This document shows positions 41,283 to 53,700 of a stretch of 64,000 nt of DNA, in pieces. A program made the position numbers and the translations under genes. Numbering within the stretch: the stretch's first letter is position 1; each line of letters starts with the position of its first letter. The stretch is from Ptychomitrium polyphyllum (Eukaryota): the NCBI GenBank assembly GCA_973851085.1, contig OZ316776.1:11470001-11534000 (forward strand), written 5' to 3'. The notes under the pieces were generated by a model. It was not told where the DNA came from. It worked only from the letters and a program-made list of their open reading frames with translations, and did no database searches.

Positions 41283-42162
41283 TCCGAGCCTCCGCGCCCA
41301 GGTTCGGAATTCGGAGGACCAGCGTGCACCGCATTCCAGTTTACCGGAACCCAAGGCCGACGTCATGTATGCAGTTCCTAGATTCACATCCTGACATGTA
41401 CGTCCGTGACAATTACTGTGACGGTTCTGGGTATTGGTCTCTCCTAAATGACATTTTACATTTAAAATGTAGCAATAAGGTATTGGTGTTTTTAATCCAA
41501 GCTATTATTTTTATTTCAAAAGTTATATTTTAAAAATCTTAGAATATGCCTACTATCAATATATAAACAAAACTTTATTTATTCCAATGATATCAAATTT
41601 TTAAGCTTATGGTTAATTGTATAGTTGGGCAAAATTTGAGTATTTTTTTTAAATATTTTTTATTGTGCAATTCCGTACTGAATTTTTGTTTTTCTAATTT
41701 AGCCTATTTTTATATCTTTTAGTATTTAATAAAATATTTTAGTTGTTTAATAGTAGCAATTATAGAATGGTTCATTAAAATGAATTTTACATCTACTAAG
41801 TTGGATTTTGAAAGCCACTTTGAAAGACCAAAAGGTTGTAATAGAAAATAATACAACATCATAGTATACATAAAAACATTACAAATCTTGTTTAAAAGAA
41901 TCAAAACTCTTTTTGAAAGATTCATGCAAAATTTCATGATAAGTGATGCTTTGTAGTTTATATTCAAAATGAAATACACATCATACAAAGAATACTAGAA
42001 ATTTTTAAATATTTGTGATTTTGGTATTTCAATTTCATTTTAATATGCATACTTTTTATATTATTAATGCATTTCATTCAATTTCATTTGTATTAAAAAA
42101 TAAATCTTTTTTTTCATATAAGAAAGTAAAATATTTTGAAATTTTTTATTTTTAAATAGGAA

Positions 42163-42483
42163 ATGGATAATATAAATGGAACTTTACCAGATGATTTTAT
42201 AGAGATGATTTTAATCTTATTACCTAGTAGGAATTTGGCAAGGTGTTGTCTTGTATCAAAGCATTGGAATATCCTTATCTCATCTCCACATTTCATTCAA
42301 CTTTTGTGTTTTGCCAACGACAAGTGCATGAACTACATCACACCTATGAAAGTGGATTGTATTAAAAGATTGATGCAAAGAGAGGACTTTGGTATTTCAA
42401 CAATACAAAAGAGTTTTTGGACTACAATTTGGAATCAAATTATTACAGTTACATCTAATAATACTTTCAGAAACATGATGTAG
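42163..42483 (+). pseudogene. Short intronless F-box ORF (106 aa), probably a truncated gene or relic
   Basis: LPDDFIEMILILLPSRNLARCCLVSKHWNILISSPHF is a typical plant F-box motif. No recognisable substrate-binding domain follows, and the context is very AT-rich. Confidence 0.65.
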
Positions 42484-43620
42484 GAAAAATATTTATTATA
42501 TAATGTTATATCATTAAAGCACTAAGGTTGGATCTTAGAAAGTTAAACTTCTTTAATTTGAAAAAATTATAGTTTAAAATAAATATATCAAGAATATTGA
42601 CAAATTTGTTTTTGTATGATAGAAATGGTTAAAATAAAAAGAAATCAATTGCAGGATATAATTGACAATGAATATATAAACCAAGATCTTCTTCAAATCA
42701 TTGTTAATAAATTTAATAAAATAAAATATAAAGCTAATATGAAACTTGGATTTTAATCATTATTTACAGATAGTTCTAAAATCTTGAAGTATATTTTGTA
42801 AATTATAATTATTTTTCTTGCAAATTAATTATAATAATATCCATTTTCAACTTAAAGATATATATACAAATACAAAGATGTTCTTCATTCCAATGGTATG
42901 TAATTTTTATTTACATGTACAAGGTTTTTTAATCCTTGCACTAAGTAGCTAGGTGGATAGTGCTTGTAAAATTTTCCACCATTACATAGATTCAAATTTA
43001 AGCTATTTTAATAATGAGTACTTGTCATAATAATCACAAACCAATTATATATAAGTTAGATCAAACAATTCAAAATAAAACGTTAGTGGCCATAATACAT
43101 CCTCCACAATATTATTATTCATTGCAATTACTTTTGAAAATGCTGTAAATTTTCTTTTCAATTTCAAGAATTCTACAAATTATAATAAATCCTCTACAAT
43201 AATTTCTTTTCTTTTATCAACAAACCACATAAAACCTAAAGCTAAGAATATAATTTAATAGAGTATTTCACTGGTACCTAGCTATGTATATGTTAGGTCT
43301 AGCTATGTGTATGTTAGGTTTTTTCCTTCATGATCTTAAATGCACCTAACATTATCTTTGGAATTCTACTACTTTCAACTTTAAGAATCTGCTAAAATTT
43401 CATAATAAATCTAAAAATCACATTTCCTTGAGATTAGGACATCGTTATGATATGGAGACTTCATAGAAGTTGCTTCATTTCAAGCTTGGACCTCCATATG
43501 TGCCAACTATATATCATTCATAAGTGTGGGTATGAAAGCAAAAAGCAGATGGAAAAAGAAGCAGATGAATGAACAGGCTCTGCATGTATGCCGGTCTGTT
43601 TGTGATAGGAGTTTCCCTAT

Positions 43621-44120
43621 AAACAGCAAGCATTACACAAGCGAAATCCAAAACACAAACCTTCCCATCAAAACACAACCACTCTGCCAACTCTTTCACA
43701 CCAACCTACTTTCGCCAAATCCTCAAACAACTCATAGCCCCAATGCCAGTCAAGCAGGTGGAAGGCAAAAAAAATTGAGCAGAAAATGAACTGCCATCGC
43801 AATCACACCCTTCCACTGATATCTGGAAAGCTGAACAATCCTGTCCTCATTTTCAAAGCATACTAACCCCTCTGCGTCTGAGAATGCCATCTGACTGTAC
43901 CCCTGTCCTCATGCCGCACTAGTTCTACAATTCTATACACCCGGGTAGACTCGAGCTGAATGAGCCTATATTTCTAGAAGTGCATTGGGAAATTTACATG
44001 AATGATCATCGGTGAATACTCAGAGCAGAACGAAAGCTGAATTCCCAGCTCCAGTGCAAGCTACTTGAGGTGAGGTCGGAACCACCGCAATGCTCAGAGG
44101 AGCACAATCAATGGAAGTGT
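43621..44120. repeat. 500-bp direct repeat, copy 1
   Basis: Matches 55903-56402 base for base except one substitution (gcGaaatcc vs gcTaaatcc). Confidence 0.97.
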
Positions 44121-44173
44121 AAGTCACTGTAAAAAGTAATAGAATGTAGAAGAGAAAATCCTGGCTGAGACAT

Positions 44174-45030
44174 GTGGGCTGGACTCCTGTACGTCAGACA
44201 ATCGAACAAGTACAGTCCAGCATCGTTTCTAATGCAACGTTGGCAAATACTGAAGTAAGGTGTCGTCTCTCTCAACATCGTCCGCACACCCTAGCTGCAC
44301 ACGTCGACATAGCTATCGTTGGTAACCCAAGTTTCGCACTTCTAAGATTTAATTTTAGCACGAGCTTCACAAGCAAGGGGCACGGACAGTGATGGTGTTC
44401 AACGTGCCACCTTTAGAATGCTTTGCAGGTTTCTTAGCCAATGCACGTGTCCGCAACATGCCAACAGTGGACACATGTGGGTGTCTTGCTACTGTGAATG
44501 CAGCTGTAGAAGCCACAAAACTCTCTTCCACAGTCGGGTCTTGACGATTTGAGGGTAAAGCATCCCGATGCTATTGTCATTTCTGCTGACCTTTGCAGGA
44601 TTCTGTAAACTCTTTTCAGGATGGGTACATTATACGTACGTAGATCTGATCTATCCAAAACATTCTTTCTCTATGCAAATGGCTATTCAAAACAAATAAA
44701 TTCTACGGTTTGTGTCGTCGTGTGCCTAGGTCTCCTTTGTTTAAATCCCAACGGTTCCATTCCTTACTACAAAGATGGTAGGTTTCAAAGAAACCTTGAA
44801 GGCCTGCTGTGGAGCAGGTGGAGGTGCGTACAACTTTTACCAGGACGCATGTTGTGGAGCAAGTGTGGTTGTAAACAGATAACTAAATCAAGCAAAAGCC
44901 TGCTCAGGTCCAAGATCCTTCATCCACTGGGATGGCATCCACATTACAGATGCCGCAGCAGGCTTTATAACTCAAACGTTAATACGAGGAGAGCATTTGG
45001 AACCGCCTTACAAACTTAAAAAATGCTCAA
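44174..45030 (+). pseudogene. GDSL esterase/lipase pseudogene (3' exons only)
   Basis: Fragments TIEQVQSSIV..., DTCGCLATVN..., LRVKHPDAIVISADL, GFKETLKACCGAGGGAYNF and FIHWDGIHITDAA (block V DxxH). In-frame TAA stops at 44606-44608 and 44880-44882, plus a frameshift near 44520. Confidence 0.85.
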
Positions 45031-45837
45031 AATCTTTGCATAGTTTTGTTACTGACCTCCACCATGAGATACACGTGACTACACCAACCAACTCTACATT
45101 TTGCCAAACGGATTCTCGACTGGAGTGCTTCCCACGAAGCTATACATATTGCTTCCTAATCCAGGAATTCTGGCTGACCTAGGGCAAGGTTAGTGAAATC
45201 AGACAAAAGTTGCACAGCTTCAGGACAATTCACTGAGAATTGTGCAGGTCGTTGGTTCTTACACCTGCTCTTGGTCGAATACTCCAATCCATCCGTCATC
45301 GAGCTCAGAATCAATATAGTTTTTCGTCAAAGACTAAGATGTGCAAAGATGCATCCCACAACAGCTGCTGAGTAGAGTGCCGCAACTACTTCTGGTCCTG
45401 GCCCTGGTTCTGTGATTTACAACAAAATTGAGCCCCATATCTTCCAAATGCCATTAGATGGTTAGTTTCACAGGAGGCAAGGGTGCAAGAAAGAGGAACA
45501 TTGCCGCCGTTTCATAGCAGTCACATCAACTATGTCAACTCAGTAGAATCATTCTCAAAGCCTACTTGCAGTGGCTAGACCTTGTATAGTAGATTGAAAT
45601 GCTCCTAGCGACGAAATTCAGTAAGTGACGTGTGCACGAACTTGCAATTCATGCCCTTTCAGTAAGGGAGGAAAAACCTAAAATACAGCATGCAAAAATT
45701 TCGGATAACAATAACAAGACACTGAAACATGATGATAACTGTTGATAAAGAATGCATTCTGTCTTGTACACTCTATTCTCCTGAATTTTTGAGTTCTCTC
45801 TAGTCAAATCGGAATACCAAAGAACTGCCTACGGCGG

Positions 45838-48800
45838 TCATTGGGTGGGCAAAGGCTCATCTACGTTGCCTACTACGGTGATCGCTGCTAAGTCATGAGC
45901 AGCCATTACTGATTGCTTTCCAAACGTTCGTTTGGCTGCCCATACTAAACCTGAGATTGTTCCTTTTTCCTGCGCATTCAAATGAACTTCTCTTTAGATA
46001 CCTGCATGCGCTTCACATAGCAGTCATTGTAACACCTTACAATTTGCTCTCCACTAACAGATATAAGAGGAAAGGGCGGAACTTACCGAGGTACCATATA
46101 AGGAACCTTCCAACTTCCCGCTAAAATGAGTAAGTACAAGAGATTTTGCATCAATCATTCGAGCAAATTTTCCCGCCGTTGCTGCATAAAAGAACACAAA
46201 GTAAACTATTGAGAAGGTGATTACAGTTCTGCATATGATGGGGATCATTAGTTTCAAGGGTTTCTAAACTGGGATAAACGAATTGATTCAGAAAGAAAAC
46301 TTACATGCAGTAGAATGGCCACGATGAGAAGCAAGGTCCGCCTCTTGCTCAAGGACTGTTGCCTCGTGTACCAGCACATCAGCACCCCTCGCAGCAACCA
46401 GCAGTGATCGGGAGTCACTGGTGTCCCCAAGAATTACTGTGAAAAGAATCCGTAGAATTTGATGATAAAGCAACAACGATTTCACTATTTAAAAGTCAAA
46501 AAAACATTACACCCTTGAATTTGCTTATGTACAAGATCAAAACCGTAGCATTATGACTAATCTCAATAGGACTCCTCGTAATCATGTAATAAATGCAGAT
46601 GATAGATACGCCTTACAGATGGCTGACTCAGAATCCATATTGCTTCTTTGAATCAACGAAATAACGTAACCTGCGTAACTGCAAGACTTGCAAAGATGTG
46701 AAAAGCGTACAAGAGTGGCAAAGAAAAAAATTTGTACCTGCTTTGCGGCCCTTCCTTGGAGGACCAAGCACATCAGATGGGTTAACCTGACAGAGCATTC
46801 AAAGTAAGTTCAGCATAACAACTTATCTGCTCGTAATTAATGTAACAAAGTTTATACTCGTAGGCTAGCAAACTGACAATGAATTAAAATAAGGAACGGA
46901 TGATATGCGTGGATATTGATGCCATGCTTTAATACAAATGGGTTCAAACCTCACATGAATAAACGGGGCAACAGTTTTATTCTAGTCCTAAGGCACTGAG
47001 AGTTTTAGATAAGCTCTAAAATCCCAAATAATGCTCACCGTTCTGCCATCTTGAAGCAAAACTGAATGCCCTTGCTGTAATTTTGCACACATAGGGCCTG
47101 GCAAAACTCCAGCCTCCTTTGCTCGGTCCACATTGAACCTATCCAATAGTAGCAAAAATCAGCATGGTAGCCATGAAGGATTGCAGAAGTAAGAACTGCC
47201 TTACGTTGCACCAAACATAGACAGCAAACTATGAATCTACAGCCCACAAGGTCTTCCTCAGCTCCTACTAGACAAAAGCAGCACAATGTGCTTACACAGG
47301 AGTGAGAAGAGAGAAACAAGAGAATTTTCAAAGGCCTTGAACAGTGCACCTGCCAGTTTTAGGCTGTTCCTCTACAACGTAACCCCAACATGGGATGGAG
47401 TGCTTCAGCAAGCCTGCAACAACCTTGTATTTTCTGTCTTCATGTCTGTATACACCACAAACTGTATTAGAGTGTAACGTGATAATTTCGATTTATTCAA
47501 TACTTGAAGTCATAAATAAATGCATTGTATCGCAAATTGTTTGAAAGACCCTTCTTTTGAAAATTGTTATAAGAATAATTAATAACGCTGAACATTATCA
47601 AAATAGACAAATATAGTAAGCATGATTTGAAAAAACTCTCGATACTAAGGTTTCCACAGCTAGTTCTACACATCGAAGTTATGACAATCAAAATAAACGA
47701 TTTTTGAATTTTTCGAATTTGTATAGGTGTTTTTAAAAGCATTTAAATCACAAAATTGTCTAACTGTACCTAGGAGCTACTTACACATGCCACAAGCCAT
47801 CGTCTTCGGAGCAGAGGATGTCTTTGCCGGGTAGTTCATCCTCATGATTTTCATCAGCTACGTTCCACTCTTTTGCTCTTTCATTCTTTCTATTACTTCC
47901 TCTCTTCCGCTTTCCCTACAGATACGAAAAATCAACAATAATCAAAATAAAAGGATAGACGATTATCTAAATTGTATTTGGATCATCTAGGTCATTAGAA
48001 AAAAGAAAATCATAACTTACATTAGTACTCAAAAAGCCAAGCTTGCCATCAATAAAGCAAAGTAGTACAACCGAAACATGGCACAAAGTTCAAATGTTAC
48101 CTCCTGTAAAACAAGCTCGTGCACAACATACTTGTTGAGCACACGGGCATGAGACAATTTCAAAGTAGTTCGAATCCAATTTCTTAGACCTGGTGGACCA
48201 TAAATCTTGATGGGCTGCCGAGTTGATGGCGCTGTCATTCCTATCATGCACATAAGGCCTTCCTACAAAATATGCACTACATGAGTTCTCCCAACGCCTG
48301 AATGAATCTCCCAATTTTTTAATAGAATGGGTATTCACGAGGTTCACCGCACAGACTACATAGATCACATCCTCAACATGGCAATCAAGACAATAACTTC
48401 ATAACAGCCACCACCACTGCAATTTTAATGACCATGAGAACAGGATAATTAAAATCACAAAGGCGGTTACCAAAGTAGCGTTTTGGAAGTTTCAGTGCAT
48501 GTTTCCAAACACAAGATCTGAGATACAGAAGATTTGAAATCCTTAAAGAAAACTTTAAAGAGTCAAGGGATCACTGCACACCTGGAAGTCCAAATATCTA
48601 AACGAGCAAGAAAAATCCTTCTGTTAAGGTGCAAGTCAGAATACAAAAACCATCATATAACCACTGTTCAAAAATTGGTGGGCAAAATACTAGCAAAGAC
48701 AATTACTTGGTCTACATTCACAACAAACATCCACAAGCTTGAGTATCAGTTTCAAGGATACATGGTCGCCATGCATGTGGGTGATAAAAATGTTGTCAAT

Positions 48801-50339
48801 AGTTCGATGCCGAAACGGGGTCCGATGCAATTGTCGCTGCACTCCTTCTCCACAATCGAACATGTAGATCGTTCCATCTAAACAACCATCAAACAACCAT
48901 ATTCACAAATTTGGACTGGATAGATCAAATTCACAATCAGATTGAAAAACCACTGCTATACTCATCAAACTTGGATTGTCAATTATACTCGTAATCTAGA
49001 ACAAAGAAAGACACGGGTTTCAAAATGAAATCGGGTACCAGAACAGCAAGTCTGAAAAATGCTGGAAAGCAGTTCTTAGCCTAACGTGTACAAAGCCAGA
49101 TGTCTATGAACAACAATAAGAACGAAGTTTATCAAGAGCCCGAATTGACAACAATTTTCCAAAGTTTCTTGCAATTCAGCATTTCATGCGTAGCATTAGT
49201 AAGACTGTAAAAATTCTTGAGGGTTATCACCCACTAAGCACCAAAATTGCAAAATCAAGGCTGACCTAGGCGCAGAGCAATACAGGATGTATTGCGGCTC
49301 AAGGTGGGCATGGATGATGAGGTGCCTAAGAACACAATCTGCATGCCCCGGTGATCACAAAAATCGGTTGTCATGAATGGAATTGGTACTGATTCACCTG
49401 CACATAGAGTCATTCAATTCCTCTTAAAGCTAGATAGAGATGATAATCCCAATGCCAAATTAGATAAATCATTTAGGTCATACAGAACGTCAGACTAAAA
49501 GAGATTGTAGTTCACGGTCATCTCATAGGTCCTACTTCTGTAAAATTTCTCAATGCTTACCCTCATTCGAAGTAGAACTGTCGTTTTGGCTCGTGTCACC
49601 AATTGCCGATGCCGGAGATTTCGTTCTCTCATAGGAAGTATACCCATTCTGCACCCTGCGCGGCAACGAACGACAGGCATTTGAACTTGACCGATCGGTA
49701 GCGCCCTGAAACTCAGGTTTCCAAGTCCTAGTCCCTGTAAAAATCAATGAAGGCATACGAGTTAAACCACACCCTCGGTGATCGAAGCTCATAGCAATCA
49801 AGTAAGTCCTGCTAATCCTAGAAGATTATCTCGATGCTTACTCGCAATAAAACTGCTACGTTGGCTCTCAAGGTCGCTTGCCGGCGACGAAGACTTCGTT
49901 CTCTCATACGAATTATATTCACTTCGCAATCTACGCGGCAACGGACGACCTGAAGTCGGACGCGACCAATCTCTACCACCCCGAACCTCGGGTTTCCAAG
50001 ACTGAGCCTCTGTGAAACAGAAACATAACCTTGCCAATCAAATCAAACTCATCCTAGTCCAACTAACCCTCCATCACAATTCTCAAAATTTACAGTACAA
50101 ATCATGTTAGCAAAATCATCCATGCAGGAAAAGACAGCCCTAATCAACCCCAACATTGATCAAGTAATACTCAAATGAAACACACAGCAAAATCAACATC
50201 TCGTAGCAACGCACAGCTTAATGCCCAAATCCATACCGGGCGGTGTTCGAAGCCTTGAGGGGGACGAGGAATAAGCGGCAGCAGTACGTTGTGACCACAG
50301 CTGCTTCAAGGACCTAAGGCGTGTTGACGCCATAGCCAT
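45838..50339 (-). CDS. tRNase Z short form, bacterial-type, with N-terminal organellar presequence (~533 aa); exons 50339-50237, 50009-49842, 49734-49561, 49397-49266, 48877-48762, 48597-48582, 48258-48101, 47915-47785, 47445-47350, 47138-47039, 46786-46738, 46436-46305, 46181-46087, 45969-45838
   Basis: Motifs: [34 protein letters not shown] (HxHxDH), IYGPPGL, GP-motif flexible arm GVLPGP, LGDT, VHEAT, GHST, LTHFS, AAHD. Fourteen exons sum to 1602 nt, in frame. Confidence 0.93.
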
Positions 50340-50762
50340 GGCAAGTGGGGACAAAACACGGAAGAAGATGAAACCACATGAGTGCACAAAAGCTCACTCC
50401 TTAGAACTGAGCTGCAAAAAGAAGAGAACGACACAATGCATCACTTGGAACCCAAGCTGCAATCAGGCGTTGTGGCGATTCTCTGCCTCCATCACGGAGC
50501 CGTAGAGCACAGCGCACTGTATCAAGCCAGGGAAGAGGAGAGGTCCGGTTGGGGTGACATGCCTTAAACCCTCGTTGTTCATCCTCGGGTGCCCTTTTAT
50601 TCATCCATGCGGGGCGGCTTAGTGGGCTTGAGTTTTCTACGTTTACTTAGCATTGTAGATGTCTTCCAGGAGTTGCAAGAGTTTCTGAATTCTGCGGAGC
50701 ACCCTTCGTTGTTGTGGAGCTTTTAACCCTTTGGTCACCTGGGGAGGACCAGCACGGGCGAC
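50340..50762. promoter_or_regulatory. Putative bidirectional promoter/5'UTRs between tRNase Z and PPR genes
   Basis: The divergent start codons are 423 bp apart. Site-II-like TGGGCT at 50622-50628. Confidence 0.6.
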
Positions 50763-53700
50763 ATGAGGAAGATGGTGGTGCAGCGCCTCGCGCGCGTCGC
50801 GGTTTGCCATAGAGCTTCACGTGCATTGGGGAGTTTTGCAGCCACTGAGAAGGTACCTCGTGAGATTATGATATAGGTGGATTGCAGCAGCGTTTGGTGG
50901 CCAGGGTTTGGAGAGTGAATTCCTGACCGCTGATGCGCCTCTGTCGTTTGCGTCGGTTGGGTGTTTCACTTCTTAGGCTGGTGTTGTGTGACTTCTCGAG
51001 AGATTAATTTTTTCGTGAGGCGTGGTTTGGGGAGTTCGGTTTAGGCGTACATAAGCTTCTGAACTTTTTGGGGCTCGAAATTCGGGAGACCACTTACAGT
51101 GGCGAGGATTTTAGTTAAGGTTTAAGAGTTTAGTGTTTAGGGTTTTTGGTAATGGCATTTAGGAATCCTTTTCCGGAATTTTGCAATGGATACATGCTCT
51201 CTCGTATTGACTCCTTCTGTTTTTTGTGAAAATGATATCTCAAACTTCTATCTTGCGCTGAGTGATTAGAATTCCCACCTAATTGTTTGCTAATACCTTT
51301 TATATTCGGCTTCAGTCACTATTGAGAGTTCTCAACGCTTGGCCATGCTATCTATCTTCGGAACTCATGCACACGAATTGTTTTGCAGTTAACAAACTCA
51401 AGCTCGTCAGTATGCGATTCAGCTAACGCAACATTTTCCAGGTTTGTAGAGCATGCAATCTTTTAGAAATAATTCGGTGTTGATTGCTTATAGTATAGCT
51501 GTCACTCTGTGACGTTTACTTTTATTTTTTCGGTTCAATTACTCGCACTTGAACCTCTTAGAATCGCTTCTCTTTTTGTAAAGAAGTTTGTGAATGAGAA
51601 CGAAGCATTTACTACATTGCTGGATATTAAGCAGGTGTATGTCAGGATTTGTCAACAGGGACTATCAGACAATGTTTGGTACCCGGAACTACTCTACTGG
51701 TCAAAATGCAGCCGTCTATGCATTGCGTAATTATGCTAACAACATCTATGAATACAACAAGATCCTTGACGAACTCAACTTTAGCAGGCAGTAAGTATCG
51801 CCTCCAATAAATATTCGTATATGTTGTCTTTCTCTAGCATTTTGCAACAAACTCGTTGACGCCTTCTGAAAGACATTGATAAGATGCTTGTGACATTTCG
51901 GTTGTCTGCAGGTCATATTTGATGCGGGATGTTTATGACGACATGCAACTGGATGGAGTTCGGCCTATTCGAAACACCTTCCACACTCTAATTACTGGTT
52001 GCATGAAAGGTCAAAGGCTGCAGGATGCGGTTTATTTTTTCGATGAAATGAAAGGCCTGGGTCTTCAACCTGATGTGAGTGCAGGTTTCTCTCACTTAGT
52101 GTACCGTTTGTAATTTAAGTTATCACTACTCTTTTTTTCTTCTCTTTTAAAAAAACAATCCAGTTGAACTTTTATGAATACGGACGTATCATGTTAACTG
52201 TGTATACTTATTACGGACTTTAGTAACTCGTGGTTTTACCAGATCGTGCTCTATAATTGTATGATCTCGACTTGTGGACAAGCCAATCAAATCGAACGTG
52301 CTTTTCAGGTACATCAGCTAGTATGAAATCGTTCTTAAGGTAGATTGAATTGGGCAGTACAGTTAGAGAAGCACAGTTAATCGCTGGGACACTGTTATGA
52401 AAGGTTTGCTTAGGAAACCTTGAGCGGAAAATTAGTTTTGACTTTTGGGAATGACTCCTGTCGGCGTACTCATCCTTTAAACTCCGCTTTATTGTAACAA
52501 TTGGCATCATCAGATGGCAGCAGAAATGGAAGCGAATGGGATGAAACCAACACATCGTACGTTCCTTGCTCTTTTAAACGCGTGTGGAACAGCTGGCCGT
52601 GTTGAAGAAGCGTATGTTCCTCTACTCTGTTTTTCACCGAGACATGGCAAGCTGTCTCGTCTAAGTCAATTTTCTGGTTTTTTCTGTAAGATTTGTTAAT
52701 GTGAATATTTTTCCCGTTCTTAACTATGGTAGGTACGAGAGAGACATTTGTAAGCTACAACTACTATCAATTCACAGGACCTCATTTAGGTCCTGTGGCC
52801 TTGTCCTGCAGATATGGTGTGGTGCAGAGGATGGCTGCTTTTGGCTTGACCCTAAACAGTTCATGCTATGGTGCACTTATTCAAACTCACAAGAACCACC
52901 GTCCTGTTAATCAAGGGACATTTCAGAAGGTCGGCATGACATTTTATCGCCCTGTTATGAATCTCATACTTCACGATCTGTCATTTGTCGTGTATGCATT
53001 GGGTCTGTTATATTAAGCCAATATTCTGTGTCAGATATTTGAGCTCCTGGAGCAGTCAAAGGGTTGTGACACGTTAGCTGGTGAAGGTGAAGGTCGGGAG
53101 GAGTTTGAGGAAGAGTTGGCAAATCTTGTAACTGGAGGTGGTCTTCAGCCTACTCGAAGCTATGTGAATCGTCGACTTAACGTCTACTATTCTGCTTTGC
53201 GGGCTTTTGGAGAGCTCGGAAATATTGAGGTTGGTGGATATTATGTACGAGAAATGAGCCATTTTGTTTTCATGGCTAAGTGCCGCACTCAGTAGCTACT
53301 TAAACATTTCATGGCTGGTCGCAGGCAGTGGAGAGGGTCATGGAAATGCTGAAACAGGATAACCACCAAGTAGATGCCACTTGCATCACTGAACTTGTAA
53401 AGTAAGTGAAGCCATTGAAGTATCTGTGTTGAGTATATGTTACTTCCTCTTTGATTGTCCCTGCATCTGTGAGCTTAACCAACTGCAACTTTTTACTTTA
53501 TCTTAAGGGCTTATGTTGGGCGCGGTCAAATGGAGAAAGCTGTGCAAGTTGTGGACGAATATATCGAAACTGGCAAGAACCCGTCGTTAGGTCTTTACGT
53601 TGTAAGTGAATCCTACTTTTAAGAACCCCTGAAATTCTGTCATTTGACGTACTAGGCACAAAAACTTTGTTAGGAGCTTTGTTATGTATTTGCATTATCT

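Noticed and set aside
42935..43000. tRNA-like A/B-box resemblance (gtagctaggtggatag...gattcaaat)
   Set aside because: Cannot fold a cloverleaf; at most a decayed SINE-like remnant.
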